Of a DNA stretch of 38,664 nt, positions 26,753 to 36,264 are shown piece by piece. The number at the start of each line of letters is the position of its first letter. The stretch's first letter is position 1. The position numbers and the translations under genes were made by a program. The notes below the pieces were generated by a model. It was not told the origin of the DNA. It worked only from the letters and a program-made list of their open reading frames with translations, and searched no databases. Source of the DNA: Candidatus Falkowbacteria bacterium (GTDB lineage: Bacteria; Patescibacteriota; Patescibacteriia; Patescibacteriales; Patescibacteriaceae); assembly GCA_037130845.1 (NCBI GenBank), contig JBAXSE010000013.1, positions 1-38,664 on the forward strand, read 5' to 3'.

Positions 26753-26830
26753 TTGACTGGATTAATATCTTGTAATATGATAGCGCTAAATATGTTATTA
26801 GAGTTCTTTTACTAATTTGGAGGATGGGGC

Positions 26831-27154
26831 GTGATACATTTGTTTAATTTGCATAATAAATCGACTTCTTTTGCTTGGGAGTGGTATATAGAGCGTTTGA
26901 TGCTGGTTTTGCCAATCTGGATAGTGATGGTGCTGGTTGGCATCTATGGAACCGTTTGCTATTTTCAAGTCGATATAAACCATCTGGAGAAGTATAGGGG
27001 AGACGTAAGTAATGTCCATTTGATGCTGATATTAAGCCTGGTAATCCCGACCCTAATCTTTGCTATCGACCTGCCAATCTCATATTATCTGGCGAAACGC
27101 AAAGAAAAAAGCCGTGAAAACTTAATCGAAGTTGCGCCCAAAAGCCAAAATTGA
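26831..27154 (+). CDS. small membrane protein (2 TM, 107 aa)
   Basis: GGAGGATGGGGC then GTG start; two hydrophobic helices. Confidence 0.5.
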   Translation: MIHLFNLHNKSTSFAWEWYIERLMLVLPIWIVMVLVGIYGTVCYFQVDINHLEKYRGDVSNVHLMLILSLVIPTLIFAIDLPISYYLAKRKEKSRENLIEVAPKSQN

Positions 27155-27270
27155 ACCGTTAATATAGCTGAATCAAGTAAGCTATATTTTTTATTTTTGC
27201 GTCTGCTCTGGACATTTTTTCAATTATCTGTTATGATTTAGCGATTAACAATACTAAGTATACATATTAT

Positions 27271-28722
27271 ATGGCCGAAGAAGTAATTTTGCGTTTCGAC
27301 AATGTCGATTTTGAATATCAAGAGAAAAAGCCTATCCTGGATAGCGCTTGTTTCAGCTTGCGTCGAGGCGCCAAAGTTACGCTGATGGGCCAGAATGGGG
27401 CCGGTAAAAGCACGATTTTTGGCCTAATCCGCGGGGAACTCAAGCCCAAGAATGGTAATGTGGCCATAGGCAAGGAGACTAGCGTTGGCACCGCCAGACA
27501 GATGATTGCCCGCGAGGACCTGCCTTTGAGCGTGGAAGAATACTTCGCCCGTGCCTTTAATCCCGTGCCCTACAACTTGCCGGCTCGTATCGCCAAAGTG
27601 ATGGATGCGGTAAACCTGCAGGTGCCGCTAGACCGCAAAGTAGGTGAGTTGAGCGGGGGACAGCAGGCTCGTTTGCTCTTGGCCTATGCCTTGATTGAGG
27701 ATCCTGACATCCTGCTTTTGGACGAGCCGACCAACAACTTGGACAAGGCTGGCATTGATCATCTGGTCGCCTTTTTAATCATGTATGACAAGACAGTGGT
27801 GGTTATCTCTCATGATGCAGACTTTTTAAACTGTTTTACCGAAGGCGTCATTTATCTGGATATCTTTACCAAGCAGACCGAAATCTATGTCGGCGACTAT
27901 TATACGGTGACCGAAGAGATCGCCAAGCGGGTAGAGCGTGAACAGAAAAAGAACGCCCAGCTGGAAAAGACCATCCTGGACCGCAAAGAAAAGGTCAACT
28001 TTTTCGCCAATAAGGGCGGTAAGATGCGCAAGCTGGCCAAGAAGATGCGCGATGAGATTGAGGAGTCCGAGGAAAATATGGTGGATGTTCGCCGCGAGGA
28101 CAAGACTATTCGCCGTTTTACCATTCCGGCTCAGGATATCACTGGCGCTATTGTGGATATTAATTCATTCAAAATAATCGTCAATCACGAACCGGTGCTC
28201 AAGCACAAGGAAGTGGTGTTACGTATGGGGCAAAAGATGTTGATCTCCGGCCCCAATGGTATCGGCAAGAGCACATTTTTGCGCTCCTTGGTGTCGGGCA
28301 AGAGTGAAGGCGCCAGCATATTGCCGGAGGTTAAGATCGGTTATTATAGCCAGGACTTTGCCAATCTGGATTTCGACCAGACCGTATTTGCTTCTCTCGA
28401 GAGTCTGATTGGCGATGGCTGCGACGTGCAGGATATGCGTTCTATTGCTGCCGGCTTCTTGATTACCGGCGACCTGATGGGTCATCTGGTAGGCGATCTA
28501 TCTGAAGGGCAGAAAGGTCTTTTGTCCTTTGCCCGCCTAGTGATGATGCGTCCCGGCCTGCTGATTATGGATGAACCGACCAATCATATTAATTTCCGCC
28601 ATATCCCGGTAATTGCCGAGGCTTTGGACAAATACGAAGGCGCGCTGATTATGATCAGTCATATGCCTGATTTTGTAAAAGAAATTAAATTTAATGAGTT
28701 TATTGAATTGGATAGATTATAA
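27271..28722 (+). CDS. ABC-F family ATPase (two ABC cassettes joined by a charged linker, no TM domain)
   Basis: Walker A GQNGAGKST and GPNGIGKST; signatures LSGGQQARL and LSEGQKGLL; linker EREQKKNAQLEKTILDRKEK... Confidence 0.85.
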   Translation: MAEEVILRFDNVDFEYQEKKPILDSACFSLRRGAKVTLMGQNGAGKSTIFGLIRGELKPKNGNVAIGKETSVGTARQMIAREDLPLSVEEYFARAFNPVPYNLPARIAKVMDAVNLQVPLDRKVGELSGGQQARLLLAYALIEDPDILLLDEPTNNLDKAGIDHLVAFLIMYDKTVVVISHDADFLNCFTEGVIYLDIFTKQTEIYVGDYYTVTEEIAKRVEREQKKNAQLEKTILDRKEKVNFFANKGGKMRKLAKKMRDEIEESEENMVDVRREDKTIRRFTIPAQDITGAIVDINSFKIIVNHEPVLKHKEVVLRMGQKMLISGPNGIGKSTFLRSLVSGKSEGASILPEVKIGYYSQDFANLDFDQTVFASLESLIGDGCDVQDMRSIAAGFLITGDLMGHLVGDLSEGQKGLLSFARLVMMRPGLLIMDEPTNHINFRHIPVIAEALDKYEGALIMISHMPDFVKEIKFNEFIELDRL

Positions 28723-28724
28723 TT

Positions 28725-28860
28725 AAATTTTATCCCTGCGAAGGCAGGGATCCTGGACCCGTTTTTTTATTTTTATCCCTGCCCGCCAAAGGTCGGGTTG
28801 ACTCCGGCAGGCTTGCCTCCCGTGAGGGAGAGATTATTAACCGTTTTTTGTTCATTAATT
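28725..28860. repeat. structured intergenic region: two copies of TTTTATCCCTGC, each followed by a hairpin (ATCCCTGC-gaag-GCAGGGAT + T-run; CTCCC-gtga-GGGAG)
   Basis: direct repeats at 28728-28739 and 28771-28782; first hairpin + T7 acts as terminator for the ABC-F gene. Confidence 0.6.
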
Positions 28861-28879
28861 AATAGGAGTTTGTGTGAAA

Positions 28880-29524
28880 ATGCATCAAGCTGATATCAAT
28901 TTGTTTTACAGCTGTTTTTACTCACTTGGTCTTGATAGTCGTGACAAAGGCTTTGCCGCTTTAGCCGAGTATGTAGTGAATACTTATGCTGAACCGGGCA
29001 GGCATTATCACGATTTCGGGCATATTGGTAAGATGTTGAATGTTTTGGATCAATACTTACCCGAAGCAGATAGTTTGGATGCTTTACGCATTGCGATATT
29101 GTTTCATGATCTAAGGCAAGGCCATAAACACGAGCGTGAGAGCGCTTCAATGGCTGGAATTTTGCTTAAGCCTTTCAACCATGTCTTAGGTCGAATGCTA
29201 ATCAATCGAGTTGCCGAGCTGATACTCGACACTGTCCACCCAGGCAACCCCACGACCAATGACGGCCAATTGATCCACGATATCGATCTGTATGGCTTCG
29301 GCCAGAGCTTTGAAGAGTGTCGAGATGCCAGCCGGGGAATACGATTGGAGTATGCCGATATGAATGATGAAGATTTCTATCAGGCGCAAAAAGGTTTCTT
29401 TGAACATCTATTGTCGCAAGACAGTATCTACAAGCATCCGAGCTTTGCCATCTTTGAAGACAAAGCCAGGAATAATCTCAAAAAGCTAATAAAGATCCTG
29501 CCGATCTTGAGTATAATGCCCTAA
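28880..29524 (+). CDS. putative HD-superfamily metal-dependent phosphohydrolase
   Basis: H..HD.GH motif RHYHDFGHIGKM and downstream ILFHDL; AGGAG RBS before ATG 28880 (ORF frame opens GTG 28874). Confidence 0.4.
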   Translation: MHQADINLFYSCFYSLGLDSRDKGFAALAEYVVNTYAEPGRHYHDFGHIGKMLNVLDQYLPEADSLDALRIAILFHDLRQGHKHERESASMAGILLKPFNHVLGRMLINRVAELILDTVHPGNPTTNDGQLIHDIDLYGFGQSFEECRDASRGIRLEYADMNDEDFYQAQKGFFEHLLSQDSIYKHPSFAIFEDKARNNLKKLIKILPILSIMP

Positions 29525-29525
29525 A

Positions 29526-29560
29526 GTTAAGCCGTCCTAACCGACGGCTTTTTGTTATTT
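29526..29560 (+). terminator. rho-independent terminator
   Basis: AAGCCGTC-ctaacc-GACGGCTT + TTTGTTATTTT. Confidence 0.7.
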
Positions 29561-29598
29561 TCAAACTGAACATATTGTGTTATTATTATGTAAAAGAC

Positions 29599-29880
29599 AT
29601 GAAAAAAAATATCTTCACCAAGAAATTCGATATCTTTAATAAGATCGATCGATATAGCATGCGTGACGCCGGTACTGACCATTCTTTTTTAAATGAGCTG
29701 GTTGGCTTTTGTTTCGCGCCGCTATGGTACTTGCTTGGAGGTGGAAGTAAATTTTTGCAGCGGACGCTGAAAGGTAAATTGATTTATTCGCTTATTCCGT
29801 TGCTTGCGGCCATTATCGGTATTATTATTTTTTTAATTATTATCCTGGGTGCTTTATTAATAAGCAAATTTATAAAATAA
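29599..29880 (+). CDS. small membrane protein
   Basis: ATG 29599 (MKKNIF...) in ORF that opens with TTG 29575; C-terminal TM helix IPLLAAIIGIIIFLIIILGALLI. Confidence 0.4.
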   Translation: MKKNIFTKKFDIFNKIDRYSMRDAGTDHSFLNELVGFCFAPLWYLLGGGSKFLQRTLKGKLIYSLIPLLAAIIGIIIFLIIILGALLISKFIK

Positions 29881-29890
29881 TTTTATATTT

Positions 29891-30256
29891 ATGATGAAGG
29901 AAACGAGCAAATCGCTCAAGGCATATTTTATGATTATCGGCGTGCTCGGAATGTTTTCTGGCATAATCGATGTTCTGGGTTCTCTTGACTCGATGAACGG
30001 TAAATTATTTTTTATTGGAGTAATCGAGTTGGTGATGGCTTTGCTATTTATATATTTTGGTTTTAAAATTGATCGATATCTGAGACGCTCGCCAAAAATT
30101 TTAATCGCCTTTATTGCTGTTGTGGTGGCGATCAGATGTGTCGTGGCTTTGTTGGGTAAGGGATATGCCGCAATCGTTGCCTCTTTATTGATTGGCTGGT
30201 ATCTAATCTATAATGTCAAGAAATTATCACTACTGGTTAAAGAGGTAAAAAAATAA
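29891..30256 (+). CDS. small integral membrane protein (3-4 TM)
   Basis: hydrophobic ORF; no homology recognisable. Confidence 0.45.
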   Translation: MMKETSKSLKAYFMIIGVLGMFSGIIDVLGSLDSMNGKLFFIGVIELVMALLFIYFGFKIDRYLRRSPKILIAFIAVVVAIRCVVALLGKGYAAIVASLLIGWYLIYNVKKLSLLVKEVKK

Positions 30257-30503
30257 AACCATTGACACATAATAACTTTTGTGTTTTAGCATAAAAATGA
30301 GCAATAAAAATCGTCAATTATGGCGATTTTTTGTTTTTTTACAAAAAGATATTTGACAAAAATAACAAAATATATTTTGGATAAAATTATAAGCAAATGC
30401 TATTGACAATTAAATTAAATAGTGTTAACAAGGAGACAAACTATGAGTTATAGTGATTTTCGGCAATTTTGCCAAATGTACCTTTACAGCAAAGGAAGTC
30501 TAA

Positions 30504-32876
30504 ATGTTATTAAGCATTGTCCTACAGTACATCGTTCCGATAATCGTTGCGTTCATCGTATTGATTGTCGTTATGAATTCATTCGCGAACGCCAAAGGCG
30601 ATCAGATTATTTTGTTAGAACGCCGTTGGTTCGGCAAGTCTATGCCGGACGGCCGTACAGTTGCTCTTCATAATGAAGTCGGCGTCCAGGCCAGAGTTCT
30701 GGGTCCAGGTTTCCATTGGTTGATTCCATTTATTTATAAGACAACCAAGATGCCTTTTACCACCATCCATAAGAATAAGGTCGGTGTCGTGCGTGCCATT
30801 ACTGGTGCCACTTTGCCGAGCGATAAGATTATGGCCAAGACGGTAGCTTGTGACTATTTCCAAGATGGCGAAGCCTTCTTGATGAATGGCGGACAAAAAG
30901 GTCCGCAGATTACCATACTGCCAGACGGTGAATACAAGATTAATCCGCATTTGTTCAATGTGGTAGAAGTTGAAGCCATCATGATTGATGATGATCATAT
31001 TGCAGTCGTTGAAGCCATTGCCGGTTTACCGGTCACTAGGCCCGGAGGAAACTTTGGATCGCCAGTACCCTGTGATAATTTCCAGGATGGCGAAGCTTTC
31101 TTGGCAAACGGCGGACAGAAAGGCCCGCAGGTTGCTTTTATAGAGCCAGGGTTCTATAGGATTAATACGATCATGTTTGACGTAGCGCTCATGCCTATTA
31201 CCGTAATACCAGGCGGGCATGTTGGTTTGGTTTTAGCGACTGATGGTGCCAGGATTCCTGAAGGCCGTTTGTTGGCTAACAAAGTAGAAGGACATGATAA
31301 TTTCTATAATGGCGAAGCTTTCTTGGCAAAAGGCGGCGAAAGAGGCCGTCAAATCGATACTTTGCCTCCGGGAAGATATAGGCTTAATCCAAGACTCTTT
31401 GAAATCAAAGAAAATGCTATTATCCCTTGGACGAACATTTCGGCCGATGAGGTCGGAATTGTGACAGTCAATGAAGGTAGGCCGATTATCGACGCTACCA
31501 AGATAGCTGCTGAAGAACTACCCATGGGTACGCACAATAATTTCCAGGATCCGAACGCCTTCTTGAAGGCTGGCGGACAAAAAGGTTTGCAGATTCCAGT
31601 GCTACGCGCCGGAAACTATGCAATCAATCCCTGGTTCTGTACTGTGGAAAAAGTACCGATGGTCCAGGTGGCAATCGGATTCTGCGGCGTCGTCACTAGC
31701 TATGTCGGTGAAGAGGGCAAAGATCTGACGGAAGATGATGTCAATGCCAAGATTGTCGAGAACGGCAAGAAGGGTATTTGGTCCGAACCGTTACAGCCGG
31801 GCAAACACCCCTTGAATACCAAGATCTGTAAAGTGGACATTGTGCCCACGACCCAGATATTGCTTAATTGGGCGGATAACCGTTCCAGTGCTCATGAGCT
31901 TGATACTAACTTGAAGACCATTACCTTACGTACGTCAGACGCCTTTAATGTTAATATGGATGTCTCCGTGATTATCCATATCCCAATGAAGAATGCGCCG
32001 AAGGTTATCGCCAATCTTGGATCGGTCAAGAATATGATTTCTCAGGTTCTTGAACCGGCTATCTCGTCGCACTTCCGTAATGCTGCTCAGTATATCCAGG
32101 CATTGGAATTATATACCAAGCGTAAAGAATTACAGGATACTGCTAAGGTTCATATCGATAGCGTACTTAAGGTGCACCATATCGATTCCAAGGAAACTTT
32201 GATTGCTGATGTTGTCCTGCCGCTCGAATTAACCAAGACGGTTACCGACAGGCAGATTGCCGAACAGGAAAAGAAAACCTTCTTTACTCAGAAGGAGGCA
32301 CAGGATGAAAGACGTACTCTCGAAAACGCCAAGGCCCAAGCAGATATGCAGCCTGAGGTAGTTAAATCCGAGAGGAATGTCGAAATCGCCAAGAACATCG
32401 CCGAAGGTAAGGTCAAGGAAGCGGAAGGTATGAAATCCGCCGCTATCTTGAAGGCTACCGGTGATGCCGAATCAGTCAAACTGAAAGCCAGAGCTGACGC
32501 CGAAGCAGTCACTGTGACCGCCGAAGCGAACGCCAAGAAGGTCAAGGTCACGGCTGAAGCCGATTCTGAGGCTATCATGAAAGTTGGAACATCCGAAGCT
32601 GATATCATATTAGCCAAAGGTAAATCAACTGCCGAGTCCTACAAGCTGGAAGTCGATGCCATGGGCAAAGAGGTCTTTGGACAGATCCGTGTAGTCAGAG
32701 AAATCGCAGCCAGCAAGCTGAAATTCATTCCTGAAAACTTAATTATCGGCGGTGGCAGCGGTGCTGGCAGCAGTTCGATGGAAAACATGATGGGCATTGC
32801 TTTGATGGAAAAGCTATCCGGCAGAGCATTTAGTGCTACCGAAAAAGCTGTTGAAAAAACAGAAGTAAAAGTTTAA
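30504..32876 (+). CDS. flotillin/SPFH (band-7) family membrane protein with four tandem N-terminal repeats
   Basis: N-terminal TM helix; 4x repeat (D/N)NFQDGEAFL.NGGQKGPQ...PG.Y.INP.LF.V; central SPFH-like region; C-terminal EA/K-rich flotillin-type coiled coil; RBS AAGGAAG. Confidence 0.65.
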   Translation: MLLSIVLQYIVPIIVAFIVLIVVMNSFANAKGDQIILLERRWFGKSMPDGRTVALHNEVGVQARVLGPGFHWLIPFIYKTTKMPFTTIHKNKVGVVRAITGATLPSDKIMAKTVACDYFQDGEAFLMNGGQKGPQITILPDGEYKINPHLFNVVEVEAIMIDDDHIAVVEAIAGLPVTRPGGNFGSPVPCDNFQDGEAFLANGGQKGPQVAFIEPGFYRINTIMFDVALMPITVIPGGHVGLVLATDGARIPEGRLLANKVEGHDNFYNGEAFLAKGGERGRQIDTLPPGRYRLNPRLFEIKENAIIPWTNISADEVGIVTVNEGRPIIDATKIAAEELPMGTHNNFQDPNAFLKAGGQKGLQIPVLRAGNYAINPWFCTVEKVPMVQVAIGFCGVVTSYVGEEGKDLTEDDVNAKIVENGKKGIWSEPLQPGKHPLNTKICKVDIVPTTQILLNWADNRSSAHELDTNLKTITLRTSDAFNVNMDVSVIIHIPMKNAPKVIANLGSVKNMISQVLEPAISSHFRNAAQYIQALELYTKRKELQDTAKVHIDSVLKVHHIDSKETLIADVVLPLELTKTVTDRQIAEQEKKTFFTQKEAQDERRTLENAKAQADMQPEVVKSERNVEIAKNIAEGKVKEAEGMKSAAILKATGDAESVKLKARADAEAVTVTAEANAKKVKVTAEADSEAIMKVGTSEADIILAKGKSTAESYKLEVDAMGKEVFGQIRVVREIAASKLKFIPENLIIGGGSGAGSSSMENMMGIALMEKLSGRAFSATEKAVEKTEVKV
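30850..31770 (+). repeat. intragenic tandem repeats (4 copies, period 216-240 nt)
   Basis: copies begin near 30852, 31068, 31294, 31533 (AATTTCCAGGATGGCGAAGC(T/C)TTCTTG...GGCGGACA(A/G)AAAGG). Confidence 0.7.
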
Positions 32877-32904
32877 TAATCACTGAGTTAGTCTCATTAA
32901 TATC

Positions 32905-32945
32905 ACAATCCCATTCCGATAACGGCGTGGGATTTTTATATTTTA
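32905..32945 (+). terminator. probable terminator
   Basis: ATCCCA-ttccgataacggcg-TGGGAT + TTTTATATTTT. Confidence 0.5.
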
Positions 32946-33129
32946 CGTAACTAATCAACCTTGGACCTTGACGGATTTTTGAAAGGGGGATAATATAGTG
33001 TTATATTTACACTAAGTAAAAATGCTATTGACATCGCTTAGGTAAAGTGTTTAGATAGGCTCATTATTACGATAATAAAAAGCTAATAATAGCATAAAAT
33101 TGTTCATTAATATATTTGCGGAGGATAAA

Positions 33130-33807
33130 ATGGAAAGGTCTAATAGAGTAATTATCCCGGGTTTAGGGACTATTCTCAGGCTTAAGATCGCTAGCATGCA
33201 TGTCGATGCGGAAAACGGCTTTGCGCCCCTGTGTCCGTTGGAACTGCCGGTACCGGACGGCCAGAATATTGTACACGAGCTGATAGCTCAAAATAACTTC
33301 GCCCGCTATCTGGTAGGCAGCAAAGAAGGACACTCGGACCATCCCCAATGGGCGGCCACCGAGAGCGAGCCGGCCTTTACGCCGATGACGGGCTATCCCA
33401 ATATGAATCGGCGTTGGAATGTGCATTGCGCTATCGGTACCTATGGCGGACAATTGCTGGACGGACTGCCGCCGATTAGCGGCTATGATTTTATGGTCTG
33501 GAAGGGCATTGAAGATGATATGCATCCCTATGGGGCTTGCTATCACGACCTGGCCAAGAAGCTGTCTACCGGGCTGATAGAATGGCTGACCTGCCAGAGA
33601 ATCTCGACAGTGATAGTGGGTGGTCTGGCGACTGATTACTGCGTGCTGGAAACAGTCTTGGAATTATTAGAGGCTGGTTTTGAAGTAGTAGTCAATCTGG
33701 GAGCTTGCCGCGGTGTCGCAACAGACACGACAGACACAGCTATCAAAAAGATGATTAAGCACGGCGCGATTATTATCCAGTCCAGCCAAGAACTAACGCT
33801 TGTCTAA
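33130..33807 (+). CDS. pncA: nicotinamidase (isochorismatase-family)
   Basis: HVDAENGF (VDxQNDF-type) motif, catalytic Cys in GLATDYCV, conserved Lys region; GGAGG RBS before ATG 33130. Confidence 0.75.
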   Translation: MERSNRVIIPGLGTILRLKIASMHVDAENGFAPLCPLELPVPDGQNIVHELIAQNNFARYLVGSKEGHSDHPQWAATESEPAFTPMTGYPNMNRRWNVHCAIGTYGGQLLDGLPPISGYDFMVWKGIEDDMHPYGACYHDLAKKLSTGLIEWLTCQRISTVIVGGLATDYCVLETVLELLEAGFEVVVNLGACRGVATDTTDTAIKKMIKHGAIIIQSSQELTLV

Positions 33808-33947
33808 GGGCACGATCCATCGCAAAGTCAAACAGGGGAAAGCCAGCCTTTCCCCCTACTCAAGTGGCGCTGAAAGTTTCGGCGCCAGCTGTCTAGGCAG
33901 TTCTTTAAAATTGAATAATCAAATTGTTATATTTATCAGGAGTAGAC

Positions 33948-35222
33948 ATGTATTTACCATCAAGTTTGTTCAGCTACAAGCAGGACAAAGGCATCATCCA
34001 AACGCTCATGGATGTGGACTTCTATAAGTTCACTATGGGGCAATTGGCCTTTAAGTATTATCGCAATGTGCAAGTGACCTTCAAGTTCACCAATCGCAAT
34101 AAGAATGTTAAGCTGGCCAAGATTATCGATATCGCCCGTTTGCGTGAAGAGCTGGACCATTGCCGTACCCTAAGCTTCAAGAATTCGGAGATCCATTATT
34201 TGCGCGGTACTAATGAGTATCAGCATAGGATGTTCGAGGAAGATTACTTGCAGTTCTTGGCGACCTTGCGTTTGCCAGATTATGAGCTGGAATTTGTGGG
34301 AGATGAAATTTGGCTGACCTTTACGGGCTTTTGGCCGGAAGTGACATTGTGGGAAACCCTCGCCTTGTCGATTATCAACGAGCTCTATGTTCGTGCCATG
34401 TTAGGCAAGGATACTAGCGCTTGGGAACGCAACTACGCTGTCGGAGTCACCAGGTTGTATGAGAAGATTGAAAGCTTGCGCGAATATCCGGAATTAGTCT
34501 TCACTGATTTCTGTACCCGTCGCCGTTTTAACGGCCCGTGGCAGGGATACTGCATCGAGACGACCGTGCGAGAATTACCCGGGCAGTTCCTGGGCACTTC
34601 CAACGTGATGTTCTCTCAGCAATTGGCAGACCACAATTTCGTCCCTATGGGCACATCCGCTCATGAACGTGATATGGTGTTGGCTGCTTTGCAGTTCAAT
34701 AGCGATGTGGGCATCCTTAATAGCCTCTGGCAGAGCGCGGATGAATGGTACAATCAATATGGCGAAGGCCTGTCTATCTTTTTGCCCGATACCTTCGGCA
34801 CCGATGCCTTTTTCGCCCAATTCGGGTCGGCTCGAGCCAAAAAATGGAAGGGCTCGCGGCAAGATTCCGCTGATCCATATGCCTACGGCAGAAAGTTGAT
34901 CAAGTATTATGAAGGCTATGAGATTGATCCACGAAATAAAATGTGCATCTTTAGCGATGGCTTGACGCACGAATTGATGATTTGTTTGCATATATATTTC
35001 CATCGGCAGCTCAAAGATGGTTATGGCTACGGCACGCATTTCGGCAACGACTTGCTGGTTCCGCCTTTGCCCATTGTGGTCAAAGTCGACAGCGTCAACG
35101 GCAATCCGGCTGTCAAGCTTTCTGACAATCTGGCCAAAGGCATGGGATTGCAGACTGAACAAGAGCGTTACAAAAGGATATTTGGCTACACGCGTGATTT
35201 CAGACAAGAATGTGTTGTATAA
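33948..35222 (+). CDS. pncB: nicotinate phosphoribosyltransferase
   Basis: N-terminal LMDVDFYKFTMGQ (TDxYKLTM signature), overall NAPRTase length; AGGAG RBS before ATG 33948. Confidence 0.85.
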   Translation: MYLPSSLFSYKQDKGIIQTLMDVDFYKFTMGQLAFKYYRNVQVTFKFTNRNKNVKLAKIIDIARLREELDHCRTLSFKNSEIHYLRGTNEYQHRMFEEDYLQFLATLRLPDYELEFVGDEIWLTFTGFWPEVTLWETLALSIINELYVRAMLGKDTSAWERNYAVGVTRLYEKIESLREYPELVFTDFCTRRRFNGPWQGYCIETTVRELPGQFLGTSNVMFSQQLADHNFVPMGTSAHERDMVLAALQFNSDVGILNSLWQSADEWYNQYGEGLSIFLPDTFGTDAFFAQFGSARAKKWKGSRQDSADPYAYGRKLIKYYEGYEIDPRNKMCIFSDGLTHELMICLHIYFHRQLKDGYGYGTHFGNDLLVPPLPIVVKVDSVNGNPAVKLSDNLAKGMGLQTEQERYKRIFGYTRDFRQECVV

Positions 35223-35240
35223 TTTAACTCGGAGTTTAGA

Positions 35241-36149
35241 ATGATAGTAGAAAGAAGGAAGTTCTATGGTCTGAACGGAGTGATCCAGGAAGACCGTGAG
35301 CGGTTTAAGCATATTCCTTTGTTGGAATTCTCTAAGGAAGTTATGAATAGTTTTTCTCTTGCCAGTACAAAGATACGCGACAAGGATGATCTAGAGAAAG
35401 CGGTAGCTGATATTTATTGCAAATGGACGGCAGGCTATGGTTATTATGGCGATGTCATCAATGTTAGCTGTTTTATTGCTGACGACCATTGTTATCTGCA
35501 AGTAAATTATATCGCTCGTTTGGCTTTTCCCAAGCCGAATATGGCCTCCGACCTGGTGCCTATCGTGATTGATAATCGCGGCTATGCCTTTCTGATTGCC
35601 ATTACCCGCAAATACAATCCCGGTAAAGGCGGACTTGCCTTGATAGGCGGCTTCCGAAGCGTGATCAAGAATCGCATGGAAACGTCAGTTGAAGCAGCAA
35701 TGCGAGAGGCTAGTGAAGAAGCAGTCGGTCTTGATCTAGAGTATATAGTTAATTGTCACGATGGGATATATTCTAATATAACTCCCCAAAACAGTCAGGC
35801 GATACTAGTGCTGGGCCTGCGTCATGAGATTGTCGGCGGCATCTGGCAGCAGGTGGTGAATCTGGAGTGGTTGGGTACTTATCGTACTGCTCCGGATCGA
35901 GATGAATCATACATCACTCGGCAACGAGTCGATATAACTGATGCTTATGTCCTGCCGATTCGAGTTGATCGGCTGTTGACCAAAGCAGAAATCGCCACTT
36001 GGTTTAGACCGGGCGATGATGCTGAAACGGTCGAAATTATCCGGATTGACGATGGCTACGAGCCTGCTTTTGTCTTTAACCATCATAGTGTCATCTTCAA
36101 GGAAGCTTGGAAAAAGATCGCGAATGAAGTGGCCGTTCTCTATATGTAA
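35241..36149 (+). CDS. two-domain protein: unknown N-terminal domain + C-terminal NUDIX hydrolase (likely ADP-ribose/NAD-related pyrophosphatase given context)
   Basis: Nudix box GGFRSVIKNRMETSVEAAMREASEEAVGL; GGAG RBS. Confidence 0.6.
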   Translation: MIVERRKFYGLNGVIQEDRERFKHIPLLEFSKEVMNSFSLASTKIRDKDDLEKAVADIYCKWTAGYGYYGDVINVSCFIADDHCYLQVNYIARLAFPKPNMASDLVPIVIDNRGYAFLIAITRKYNPGKGGLALIGGFRSVIKNRMETSVEAAMREASEEAVGLDLEYIVNCHDGIYSNITPQNSQAILVLGLRHEIVGGIWQQVVNLEWLGTYRTAPDRDESYITRQRVDITDAYVLPIRVDRLLTKAEIATWFRPGDDAETVEIIRIDDGYEPAFVFNHHSVIFKEAWKKIANEVAVLYM

Positions 36150-36165
36150 GCAAATTGATTATTCA

Positions 36166-36200
36166 CAGTCGACGGCTAACACGACCGTCGACTATTTATC
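36166..36200 (+). terminator. terminator hairpin
   Basis: AGTCGACGG-ctaacacga-CCGTCGACT + ATTTATCT. Confidence 0.5.
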
Positions 36201-36264
36201 TAAGCGATCAAACTCTTGATCCTTTGGATAAGTAAAGTACTTTGAAAATTTATAAGGAACAATC

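Noticed and set aside
30443-30673. 76-aa ORF (MSYSDF...) with a very strong SD (AAGGAG) overlapping the start of the flotillin gene in another frame
   Set aside because: Cys/Arg-rich with no motif and overlaps the well-supported flotillin start. Could conceivably be a leader peptide but more likely spurious, and the SD may serve nothing. Flagged only.
34575-35312. 245-aa minus-strand ORF
   Set aside because: Antisense to pncB, which has strong motif support; no RBS or motifs.
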